This document shows, piece after piece, positions 44,026-53,743 of a stretch of 64,000 nt of DNA. The stretch comes from an uncultured Rivularia sp. (lineage in GTDB: Bacteria > Cyanobacteriota > Cyanobacteriia > Cyanobacteriales > Nostocaceae). The translations under genes were made by a program, and so were the position numbers. The stretch lies in NCBI GenBank assembly GCA_963665115.1, contig OY762007.1, forward strand, positions 5,472,001 through 5,536,000, read 5' to 3'. The notes beneath the pieces are model-generated. The model was not told where the DNA came from. It was given only the letters and a program-made list of their open reading frames with translations, and searched no databases. The number at the start of each line of letters is the position of its first letter. Within the stretch, counting starts at the first letter, position 1.

Positions 44026-45791
44026 ATGTTAATTAAAAGCTTAAGTAAAAGCTTGCTAGCTAATAATGCAAAAATATCTCAAAAACAAGTACTTTTTTGG
44101 TTTAGCTTGAGTCTAATATTTGCTGCTGGTTATGCAATATTGGGATTGCAGCAAGCCTTTGCTAGCGAGTACGTGGTACAGGATGATGCACGACAACACG
44201 TATTTTGGATGTTGAGATTTATAGATCCAAATCTGTTTCCAGACGATTTAATTGCCGACTATTTTCAATCGGTAGCCCCTGTGGGATACTCCAATTTTTA
44301 TCGAGCGTTTGCAGTTTTAGGAATTAATCCATCACTTTTAAATAAATTGCTGCCATTAGTATTAGGATTAATTGCTAGCGGCTATTGTTTTGCTTTTTGT
44401 CTGCAAATCATACCGTTGCCAATTACCGCATTTATGGCAACTTTAATGTTTAATCAAAATATTTGGAGGAAAGATGATTTAGTTTCTGCTACACCCAGAG
44501 CATTCATATACCCTTTATTTTTAGCTTTTTTATTTTATTTGTGTCGCAAATCTTTATTTCCTTGTTTAGTTACAATTATATTTTTAGGATTTTTCTATCC
44601 CCAATATGTGTTTATCTGCGCGGGTATTTTAGTGATACGATTGTTTGATTTGTCTAGAGGGATTCGCTTTTCACAACAAAAGTATAATTATATTTTCTGT
44701 GCTGCTGGCTTAGGAGTAGCCTTTTTAGTATTGCTACCCTATGCTTTAAAATCATCTGAATACGCACCAATAATTACTGTAGCTCAAGCAAAGCAATTAC
44801 CCGAATTTTATCCAAAAGGAAGAAGCTCTTTTTTCAATGATAATATGTTTGACTACTTTGTAAGCGGGCGTAGCGGAATACTTCCAAAGAATTTATTTAT
44901 TCCCGTAACTTATTATTTTGGTTTACTATTACCTATTTTAATGCGGTTTCGTTCCAGGTTTCCTTTGCTGCGACAGGTAACAGAAGAGATAATCATATTG
45001 CCTCAAATGTTATTAGCAGCTATCGGTATGTTCATGGCTGCTCATCTTTTACTATTTAGACTTCATCTTCCCAGCCGCTATATGGAGCATAACTTGCGAA
45101 TTGTCTTCTGTATATCGGCAGCTATTACTTTAACAGCTATTTTATCAACTATTCTTTCTATTAATTACAGAGAAAACAAATTTTCTAATAATCTTAGGAA
45201 AATTTTCGCTTTATTATTTACAGCTTGTATTTCGCTAACACTACTATTTTACTATCCGTTATTTATACAAAATTTTCCTAAAACAGCTTATCAGATTGGA
45301 GAAGATCCAGCCTTATATAAATTCTTTCAGCAACAGCCTAAAGATATTCTAATTGCTTCAATAAGTGAAGAAGTTAATTATTTACCTACATTTTCACAAC
45401 GTTCGATTTTGATAGGTAGAGAATATGCAATTCCCTATCACTTTGGTTATTACACTAAATTCCGTCAGCGAGTCGTAGATTTAACTCAAGCTCAATATAG
45501 CCAAAATTTATCAGATGTAAAAGCTTTTATTCAGAAATATAAAGTAGATTTTTGGCTGTTAGATTCTGGAGCCTTCACACCACAATACATCCAAAATAAT
45601 TCTTTACTCAGACAATATTATGGCAGCAATCTTAACCAAGATAAATTAGTCAAAATAACCAAAGATATATTCCAAAGTTTGCAACAAGGAAACGTCCCCC
45701 AGCCCTATCAAAAACTATGACAAATTGTACCGCCGCAAAAATTCAAAATTTAACAGTCATAGACGCAAAATGTATTGTGAGTAGGGAGTAG
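44026..45791 (+). CDS. polytopic membrane protein, GT-C-like; frameshift in the C-run at 45696-45700 truncates the last ~30 aa, probably a sequence error
   Basis: VQDDARQH acidic loop motif, many TM segments and a PSRY motif; the shifted frame continues ALSKTMTNCTAAKIQNLTVIDAKCIVSRE*. Confidence 0.78.
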
Positions 45792-45882
45792 GGAGTAGGG
45801 AGTTAGGAGTTAGGAGTAGGGAGTAGGGAGTAGGGAGTAGGGAGTAGGGAGTAGGGAGTAGGGAGTTAGGAGTTAGGAGTTA
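45779..45882. repeat. STRR array (GGGAGTA/GGAGTTA)n
   Basis: About 14 tandem units. Confidence 0.9.
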
Positions 45883-45981
45883 ATAATAAAAATTCTACCC
45901 CATCCCCCCATTCCCCCATCTCTACTCTTCAACCCCCAGACAATCTATAGTAAAGTTGTCTGTTAACGATTAATACAAATT

Positions 45982-47178
45982 GTGAAAGCTATTACTCTTC
46001 TTGGTTCTACTGGTTCTATCGGTACTCAAACTTTAGATATTGTTGCTCAAAACCCCGAACAGTTTCGGATTGTCGGATTAGCAGCAGGGCGCAACGTAGA
46101 ACTGTTAGCATCCCAGGTTAAACAGTTTCAACCGAGTATAGTGGCAATTTCCGATGAAAGTAAATTACCCGAACTTAAAGAGGCAGTAAAAGACGTAGAG
46201 CCTCAACCCACTTTACTATCGGGAGAAGCTGGGGTTATCGAAGTTGCTCGTTATGCAGAAGCTGAAACTGTAGTTACTGGTATTGTCGGCTGTGCTGGAT
46301 TGTTACCTACCATCGCTGCCATCGAAGCGGGTAAAGATATTGCTTTAGCGAATAAAGAAACTTTAATTGCTGGCGCACCAGTAGTTTTACCTTTAATTGA
46401 AAAACACGGTGTAAAACTTTTACCCGCAGATTCAGAGCATTCCGCAATCTTTCAATGTCTGCAAGGTATACCTGAAGGAGGTTTACGCAAGATTATACTT
46501 ACAGCCTCTGGTGGTGCTTTCCGCGATTGGGATGTAGAAAAATTAGCCGAAGTCACGGTTGCTGATGCCTTGAAGCATCCTAATTGGTCAATGGGACGTA
46601 AAATTACAGTAGATTCGGCAACTTTGATGAATAAAGGATTGGAAGTAATCGAAGCGCACTTCCTGTTTGGATTAGATTACGACGACATTGAAATAGTCAT
46701 TCATCCCCAAAGCATCATTCATTCGCTGATTGAACTGCAAGATACATCAGTTTTAGCTCAATTGGGCTGGGCTGATATGCGGCTACCTCTGCTGTATGCT
46801 TTATCTTATCCAGAACGTATTTACACCGATTGGGAACGCTTAGATTTAGTCAAAGCAGGCTCCTTAACATTCCGAGAACCCAATCATCAGAAATACCCCT
46901 GCATGAATCTAGCTTACGCCGTTGGAAAAGCCGGTGGTTCAATGCCAGCAGTCTTAAACGCAGCCAACGAACAAGCCGTAGCCTTATTTTTAGAAGAAAA
47001 AATTCACTTTTTAGATATTCCTAAATGCATCGAAAAAGTTTGCGATCGCCATTCAGGGCAAAATAATTCAAATCCTAATTTAGAAGACATTTTAGCAGCC
47101 GATAAATGGGCAAGACAAGAGGCCACAACGGCTGCAAACGATTTACAAAACTCACCAACGGTAGTTTCGATGCGGTAA
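45982..47178 (+). CDS. dxr: 1-deoxy-D-xylulose 5-phosphate reductoisomerase
   Basis: [26 protein letters not shown] and NKGLE motifs. Confidence 0.98.
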   Translation: MKAITLLGSTGSIGTQTLDIVAQNPEQFRIVGLAAGRNVELLASQVKQFQPSIVAISDESKLPELKEAVKDVEPQPTLLSGEAGVIEVARYAEAETVVTGIVGCAGLLPTIAAIEAGKDIALANKETLIAGAPVVLPLIEKHGVKLLPADSEHSAIFQCLQGIPEGGLRKIILTASGGAFRDWDVEKLAEVTVADALKHPNWSMGRKITVDSATLMNKGLEVIEAHFLFGLDYDDIEIVIHPQSIIHSLIELQDTSVLAQLGWADMRLPLLYALSYPERIYTDWERLDLVKAGSLTFREPNHQKYPCMNLAYAVGKAGGSMPAVLNAANEQAVALFLEEKIHFLDIPKCIEKVCDRHSGQNNSNPNLEDILAADKWARQEATTAANDLQNSPTVVSMR

Positions 47179-47347
47179 GGGAGAGGGAGATTCTTTAAGT
47201 AGTGAGTAAGGAGTAGTGAGTAGCAAGTAAGGAATAGATGCTTGAGCAGCCCGGTTGATAATAGCGATAGTTGGTAATTTATTCGCTACTCGCTACTTGC
47301 TACTTATAACTCATGAAGCCCAATCCCCAATCCCCAATTTCAATTCT

Positions 47348-47845
47348 TTATTTTTTTGATGCAGAAAGTCTTGCCAAAACTTCTTTCACCCGAGGAGGCA
47401 ACTGACGCATTATCTTACCTTTTTCTATGTCCTTTGCCACCAAAGTAACCTTGGCACTGACATATAAATTTTGCCTATCGGTTGATTGAATGGCGTAATC
47501 CCAGTTGATACGAACTCCTGTTACTTCTTCCATACGAGTTTTCACCACTGCTGGCATACCCAATTGAAGCGATTGATGATAGCGTACTGACATTTCTACA
47601 ACGGGTAAATCGCAGCCTAAAGCTACTAAATCAGCAAATTCAATCCCAATTGAACGCAAGCATTCGACTCTGGCTTCTTCCATCCAGGCGATATATGTAC
47701 CATGCCAAACAATGCCAGCATAATCGGTATGGTGAGGTTGAACTCTGACTGGATATTCAAACCAATTTTCAGATGCGTGTAAATATTGATTGTCGATAGT
47801 ACCAGTCGGTGGTAGTTGCGGTTGCTGTGATTTTTCTTCGGACAT
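47348..47845 (-). CDS. acyl-CoA thioesterase (4HBT/YbgC hotdog family)
   Basis: HTDYAGIVWHGTYIAWMEEAR motif. Confidence 0.92.
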   Translation of the reverse strand: MSEEKSQQPQLPPTGTIDNQYLHASENWFEYPVRVQPHHTDYAGIVWHGTYIAWMEEARVECLRSIGIEFADLVALGCDLPVVEMSVRYHQSLQLGMPAVVKTRMEEVTGVRINWDYAIQSTDRQNLYVSAKVTLVAKDIEKGKIMRQLPPRVKEVLARLSASKK

Positions 47846-48045
47846 CTTAAAGTTTCTTCGCAGATGCGCGTGTTAACTAACAAGTTAAGAACAATATCAA
47901 GTCTACCTAATCCCTGCTTTCTTAGCATCGCAGGATTTGGCAATTAGCAATATAAGTACCCGTGCAAAATTAATTGGGGATCGGGGATTGGGAATTGGGG
48001 ATTGGGAAAAAAGTATGAATAAACTAGTCAAAAATTTTCTTCGGG

Positions 48046-48177
48046 CTAATACTCCACCACATCAGTTATAAGGGGTTTGGGGAGTGCGAGCCGGAAAGCT
48101 CGCTGGTTGTCACGAGGGAGCGAGACGCTCTCACTACGAATGTTTTACCTAGCAAAATTAATGTGGTTAAGTACTAG
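48046..48177. mobile_element. MITE-like element with a degenerate REP doublet
   Basis: Ends CTAATACTCCACCACATCAGTT / AATTAATGTGGTTAAGTACTAG match the shell at 26931-27057; core GGAGTGCGAGC...CTCACTAC. Confidence 0.65.
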
Positions 48178-49030
48178 AAACAATTGACAATTACTGAGTA
48201 ATTTCTTCTTCCCTACTTTCTACTCCCTACTAATCTGTGGGGCTTTGGTAAGCCCTAAAAATATTCCCACACCTCACATTTGATTTAAAGGGTATTTTAG
48301 AATACAATAATTTTGTGTAAATCCAATTATAAAACCGAGTCACTATTAACGCGGTTTACTTTAAATGACCACTTTTTTCTGTAATTTTTCGGATATAAGC
48401 GTAGTAATTAGATCGCTGATAAAGCGATATTACGATTTGAGTTATGCGGCTCGCAAGCATTGCTCTAAGCCAAATATTTTTCTCTTTGAAGAAAAAATAT
48501 ATCTGAAAAATTGCTGAAATAATTTGTCATTTCTGAGATAGGTAATAACACATGGTGCATTATCCTACCTGTAATAGTTAGTAATTATACTTATAAGTCT
48601 TTAAGGGCATTAATTTAAATACCTAATATTTAAGTAATTCGTAATTCTCATTTTAGCTAGATCTATATCTACCCACATCAAAACCGCAAAGTTTACGTTG
48701 TTGAGAAAAATGCTCCTACAAGTTTCGTTGTAAACGAATGAACCGATTAATTTTAAACCTATGCTCTGCTACTTTGACAAAACAATGCTCTTGCCGCGAA
48801 GAGCTAATGCTCTAAATGGGACAAGTACAAATACAGGAACAATGAAAGCAACCAATGAAAGGCTCTTTAGATTATTTCATGCCTAACAAGGATTAAGAGA
48901 AATGGTTAGTTAATAGTTTGTTCAATAAGCTATGAACCCAAAACATTTCTAAGTTGCCTTGTATAGTAGGCAAGCGGCGAACGGCATCACCGTGGCTCGG
49001 TGGCTAGCTTGAATTCCGATCGATTCTCAA

Positions 49031-49375
49031 CTAACGCTTTACGAGGGTTTTACTGCTGGTACAAGCTTCAATTGGTGGATGCTTTACTATATTCGCAAGT
49101 TCCTGTAGCTGGTTCACTGCTTCCGCACCTTCCAACTTCATTAATTCGCGATCGTCGCGCATCTCAGTCCAAGTGATGCCGTAATCGGACACTAAAAATC
49201 GAATCAGATGATTTTCTCCCAAGCTAACCATAAACGAACCACTATTCATTTGGTCGCCGCACGTATAGCAAGACGCGGGGTATCCACGTCTTTCTAGAAC
49301 GATCGCCAAGGCTTGTAAATTCATTACCAAGTCTTGAACGAACTGCCGGTGTTGTTGCGCTAATCTTAGAAACAC
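49031..49375 (-). CDS. DUF1815 family protein
   Basis: FVQDLVMNLQALA...ASCYTC...IRFLVSDYGITWTE pattern. Confidence 0.85.
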   Translation of the reverse strand: MFLRLAQQHRQFVQDLVMNLQALAIVLERRGYPASCYTCGDQMNSGSFMVSLGENHLIRFLVSDYGITWTEMRDDRELMKLEGAEAVNQLQELANIVKHPPIEACTSSKTLVKR

Positions 49376-50208
49376 TTTTATCCTCCTAACACCACAATCA
49401 TTTTAGTCTCTTTTATATTTTTTTTAGATTTTCTCATCAAATGGTATTGTAAACTGTTCATTACAATTACTTACAGATAAATAAATCTAAAAAATGACTA
49501 CCTTGGAAATGGTAGTTCAATTAAACAAGTCGTGCCGTATCATAATATTCACTTTACGATCTAAAAATTTCCGACACGATAGATTAAATTTTACTTCTTA
49601 TTTATATTGTCGAGGTCAGGGTAGATACTGACAATATAAATCCGCTATCACATTAACTCATATTGAGTAGAAGTCAACTGCCGAAAATTGACAAATAATG
49701 TCTTCATCGGCTATGAACTGCTATAAAAGCAGGCTTTAATTGCTTGATTGGCATTTTGCTTGGTTTTGTTGGGGCAAATATTTATATTTTTACCCGTTAG
49801 ATTATTTTTCCTTACAGGGAAGGGAGAATGGTTTAGTTACTTATTTGTTTCCACGGTATTGCCGATTAGCGGAGCTAGACGCCTGCATGCGTAATTCCTC
49901 TCTAGTAGGTTACGGTAAATGATTTTAGCCGTACATTTAATTAAAAGGTATGTCTGAACTAAAACTAGAGCATAACGAATTAATTCAAATTCATGGTGCC
50001 AATTCGCCTATATCATGTTTAATTCTTTATAAAAATGTGTATTTCGCTACCATCACAATAAAATAAGTCAAAACGTAAGTAGCTTTTAGAAGATTTATAA
50101 AGAGATAATACGAAAATCAAAATTAAAAATTCCGCAGTTATTCATCAAAAAATTAAATAGTTGCATCAGAAATGTTTATCCATTTAATTAGGCTAAATGC
50201 AAGTAATT

Positions 50209-50244
50209 AAAAACCGTATCGCGAATATTTGCGATACGGTTTTT
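50209..50244. terminator. bidirectional intrinsic terminator
   Basis: AAAAACCGTATCGCG AATA TTTGCGATACGGTTTTT. Confidence 0.8.
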
Positions 50245-50279
50245 GTAATTTTAAGGATGCCAAGTGTCTTTTAGTAGAT

Positions 50280-50492
50280 TTAAACTACTTGCCACCAACC
50301 GAAAGTCGGACCGATAAAACGAATTGTTATCCAAAGAGCAACCATCAAATAAATGCCAATCCAAGCACCGCGAGTGGTCCATTCGACAAACTGTTCCGCT
50401 TGTTTTTTAGTTATCGGAACCCAGGGTAAAATACGAGGTGATTGACCGTAATCGTTCCCTAATGAAGTTTTACGCCGCTTTGCTTCGCCCAT
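50280..50492 (-). CDS. DUF2839 family small membrane protein
   Basis: MGEAKRRK...WTTRGAWIGI...RFIGPTFGWW. Confidence 0.88.
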   Translation of the reverse strand: MGEAKRRKTSLGNDYGQSPRILPWVPITKKQAEQFVEWTTRGAWIGIYLMVALWITIRFIGPTFGWWQVV

Positions 50493-50687
50493 AATTGATA
50501 TTTGAATACATCGTGCAAAATATTGCTATTAAAGATCGTAAACCTTATAACGGCATCTTAAACAAAAAATTTCATAAATAAATATTAAACCAAGGGTGGT
50601 AGCACAAAAATGGTTAGCACTATCAAAGCTGCTGTAACTAAAAATTTAACTGTGCCATTTCCAACTCAATTACGTTAGGGTTACATT

Positions 50688-50795
50688 TATAGCGATTCTA
50701 AATAGAAACCGATTGATTTGTAGTGCGAGCATCTTGCTCGCTCGGTACTAGCGAGCAAGATGCTCGCACTACGGAAATTAATTGAAATGACTATA
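50688..50795. mobile_element. TA-flanked MITE-like element carrying a perfect inverted REP doublet
   Basis: TATAGCGATTCTAAAT / AATTGAAATGACTATA ends; core GTAGTGCGAGCATCTTGCTCGCT-N7-AGCGAGCAAGATGCTCGCACTAC at 50720-50772. Confidence 0.75.
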
Positions 50796-51273
50796 TTTAA
50801 AGTTATTCTTTGCAATTATTAATATAAATTAGTACTTGAATATTTACAGTATTTGTTACAGCCAAGACTATTTAAGTGATATTTCTATAATTTACTATTC
50901 AAGAATTATCATTTAAAACAACTCACCATTCAAACTAATAGCGTGTTCTTTCTTTGCTGTCTATTGCCTCTTTTACAACTATTTAATGCCGCATAACAAG
51001 TACAGTTATGGTCATTTACTTTTAAGTAATTCATAATTATTGCTTAATATTAAGTAACAAATAAAACTTAGATAAAAATTAAAGTGTAAAGAATAATGCT
51101 TGTAAAAGTCTTCAAAAGTATTTTTACTTAAAATATTAATCTGATACCGCGAAATTTTTTTTCAATGGGTATTGGAACTATGCTGATTATATGCTGTCCA
51201 TCAGGTATAGTTTTGCATGGGCTTAAAGCCACTCGGCTAACCTCGGCACCTACATCATACCCCTAAATAAAAG

Positions 51274-52944
51274 ATGAAATATAAGGGCTTTCCCATTTCT
51301 TTACGCAAGAATTTCTCTACTAACTTAAAATTACCTTTCTCTATTGCTGCTTTACTCGTAGTTTCTAGTAGTTCGATGCTGTTACCAGTAGAAGAGTCAA
51401 AAGCGAACATTGTAAAGCAAAGAAACGATCAAACTTTAATAGCGCAAACTCCTGTAGCTAGCAGCATAATTTATGTAAATCCTCAGACTGGTACAAACCA
51501 AACTGGTGGTGGTACCACCGAAGCTGCTCCGTTAAAAACCATCACTTTCGCTCTTAGACAAGCCCAACCCGGTACGGTGATTCAACTTGCACCCGGTACC
51601 TACAGCGCAGAAACAGGAGAAAAATTTCCACTCAGAATCAAAGAGGGAGTAACTTTACGTGGAGATGAAGCTGGTAAGGGGCAAGCAACATTAATTACCG
51701 GAAGCGGTAGATATACTAGTCGTACATTTGCTCGTCAAAACATTACTATTCTTGCCAGAAAAAACTCCGTTATTAGTGGCGTTACCGTTACAAACCCAGC
51801 TTCTCGCGGTACTGGAATTTGGGTAGAATCAACAAATCCCAAAATTATAAACAGTACTTTTACTAACAACTTACGTGAAGGTGTTTTCGTTACTGGTACG
51901 GGTAATCCTACAATTGCCGGTAATATCTTTATTCAAAATAAAGGTAATGGTGTTTCTGTGGCGAGAAATGCTAAGGGAGAGATTCGCGGTAACTTATTTC
52001 AAAATACCGGATTCGGTTTGGCTATTGGTGGAAAATCAACACCTTTAATAGTCGAAAACCAAATCTTGCAAAACGTAGACGGACTTTTTATCTCTAACTC
52101 AGCACAGCCCATACTGCGTAAAAACGTAATCCAGAACAATACTCGCGATGGTATTGTTGTGATTACGACTGCTAATCCTAACTTAGGAACACAGGAAGAA
52201 CCTGGTGGTAATTTGATTCGTAATAACGAGCGTTATGACGTAAATAACGCCGCTCGTAACATACAAATTTTGGCGATCGGTAACGATATCGACGAAAGTA
52301 AAATTCAAGGGCAAGTTGAATTTGTTGCAGCAACAGTTGATGCACCTCGAGGATCAACAGCTTTTATTGATGTAGCACCAAATTATTGGGCGAAAAGCTA
52401 TATCGAAGCTTTAGCTTCCAAAGGTGTGATTGCTGGTTTTCCCGATGGTACTTTTAAGCCGAATGAACCCGTTACCCGCGCTCAATTTGCTGCGATTATT
52501 AATAAAGCTTTTGCACCACAAGCTCAACAGCAAGCCACTAATTTCAGCGATGTCAGCAGTAATTTTTGGGCATATAATGCGATTCAAACAGCTACCAAAA
52601 GTCCTTTCCTTGCTGGTTATCCTAATAATACTTTTAGACCGCAACTGGAAATTCCTAGAGTACAGGTTTTAGTTTCCTTGGCTAACGGCTTGGGTTTAAC
52701 TACAGATAATCAAAATGTGCTTTCTGTTTACACGGATGCTTCTCAAATTCCTAATTGGGCTTCCTCACCAGTTGCAGCAGCAACAGCAAAACAGCTTGTG
52801 GTTAACTATCCAACCGCGACACAATTAAATCCCACTCGTCAAGCAACTAGAGCAGAAGTTGCTGCTTTCGTTTATCAAGCGTTAGTTAACGGCGGGCAAG
52901 CTCAACCAATTCCTTCACCTTATGTGGTAACGGTTCAGCAATAA
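51274..52944 (+). CDS. exported DUF1565/parallel beta-helix protein with three C-terminal SLH domains
   Basis: Signal-like N-terminus, YVNPQTG...PLKTITFAL...GEKFPL, and SLH motifs GFPDGTFKPNEPVTRAQFAA and ATRAEVAA. Confidence 0.9.
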   Translation: MKYKGFPISLRKNFSTNLKLPFSIAALLVVSSSSMLLPVEESKANIVKQRNDQTLIAQTPVASSIIYVNPQTGTNQTGGGTTEAAPLKTITFALRQAQPGTVIQLAPGTYSAETGEKFPLRIKEGVTLRGDEAGKGQATLITGSGRYTSRTFARQNITILARKNSVISGVTVTNPASRGTGIWVESTNPKIINSTFTNNLREGVFVTGTGNPTIAGNIFIQNKGNGVSVARNAKGEIRGNLFQNTGFGLAIGGKSTPLIVENQILQNVDGLFISNSAQPILRKNVIQNNTRDGIVVITTANPNLGTQEEPGGNLIRNNERYDVNNAARNIQILAIGNDIDESKIQGQVEFVAATVDAPRGSTAFIDVAPNYWAKSYIEALASKGVIAGFPDGTFKPNEPVTRAQFAAIINKAFAPQAQQQATNFSDVSSNFWAYNAIQTATKSPFLAGYPNNTFRPQLEIPRVQVLVSLANGLGLTTDNQNVLSVYTDASQIPNWASSPVAAATAKQLVVNYPTATQLNPTRQATRAEVAAFVYQALVNGGQAQPIPSPYVVTVQQ

Positions 52945-53042
52945 TAAAGTTTACTGTTAATAGGTAATGGGTAAGTAAGTCGGCAGAAATAAACAGAACG
53001 TAAATTAGCCTTTAACAATTACCTATTACTCTTCAAAAATTT

Positions 53043-53084
53043 AAAGCGCCAGATTAGCTTTGCTAGTTCTGGCGCTTTATTTTC
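53043..53084 (+). terminator. intrinsic terminator
   Basis: AAAGCGCCAGA...TCTGGCGCTTT stem with a T-rich tail. Confidence 0.8.
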
Positions 53085-53332
53085 GATAGGTTTTATAAAA
53101 ATTGGGGTTTTTTAAATCAGATAACCCCTTTTAAAGATGAGAGATCTATTTTCAAGGTCTTTATATAAGCTGACCCCGTTTCAACTGTTTTTAGTATTCC
53201 AGAAATGTTCGTCTTTTTTTAGTTTCCTAATATTTTCTTAATTTTTGATTTCATCAGGTATATTTTTATGAATTACTGTTAACTTCAGTAACAAAATTTA
53301 AGACTTCCAGAGGGATATATTAACTAACTTTC

Positions 53333-53608
53333 TTAACGACTCTTGTCCCAACGCCAGAGAAAAACCATCAAAGCTACGACTCCGACTTGAAGTGCTAAAG
53401 ATGGTAAACCAACCTCAAGAGAAGTTTTCTGGGCTAATAGCTGCAAAACAAAAATAAATGCTCCGATTAAACCAGAGGCACCAAAAGCCAGATAAACAAA
53501 CTTTCTTAATCCCCTATAAGGAGATGCTGCTTCTGCTTTGAGACGAGCATATAGTTCTGGGTCTAAATTGCGTTTATTAGTGTTTTTTTGAGATTTTGGT
53601 TGTACCAT
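53333..53608 (-). CDS. DUF3493 family small membrane protein
   Basis: RLKAEAASPYRGLRKFVYLAFGASG followed by two TM helices. Confidence 0.85.
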   Translation of the reverse strand: MVQPKSQKNTNKRNLDPELYARLKAEAASPYRGLRKFVYLAFGASGLIGAFIFVLQLLAQKTSLEVGLPSLALQVGVVALMVFLWRWDKSR

Positions 53609-53642
53609 AAAGTCAATTGTGATATGATTCGAGATTGTTTAT

Positions 53643-53714
53643 GCCGACGTGGCTCAGTGGTAGAGCAATTGATTCGTAATCAATAGGTCGCGGGTTCAAA
53701 TCCCGCCGTCGGCT
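53643..53714 (+). tRNA. trnT: tRNA-Thr(CGT)
   Basis: GCCGACG/CGTCGGC acceptor stem, D-arm, ATTGA-TTCGTAA-TCAAT anticodon arm and GGTTCAAATCC T-arm; CCA is not encoded. Confidence 0.97.
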
Positions 53715-53743
53715 TTGGTCAGTAAAATATATTTCGCCTTTAA

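Noticed and set aside
45779..45882. Tandem repeat arrays as possible CRISPR
   Set aside because: 7-9 nt units without unique spacers, and no cas genes in the window
48180..49030. ~850 bp ORF-free region as a possible sRNA locus
   Set aside because: AT-rich, and I could not find a convincing stem set or promoter-terminator pair; it cannot be excluded without transcript data
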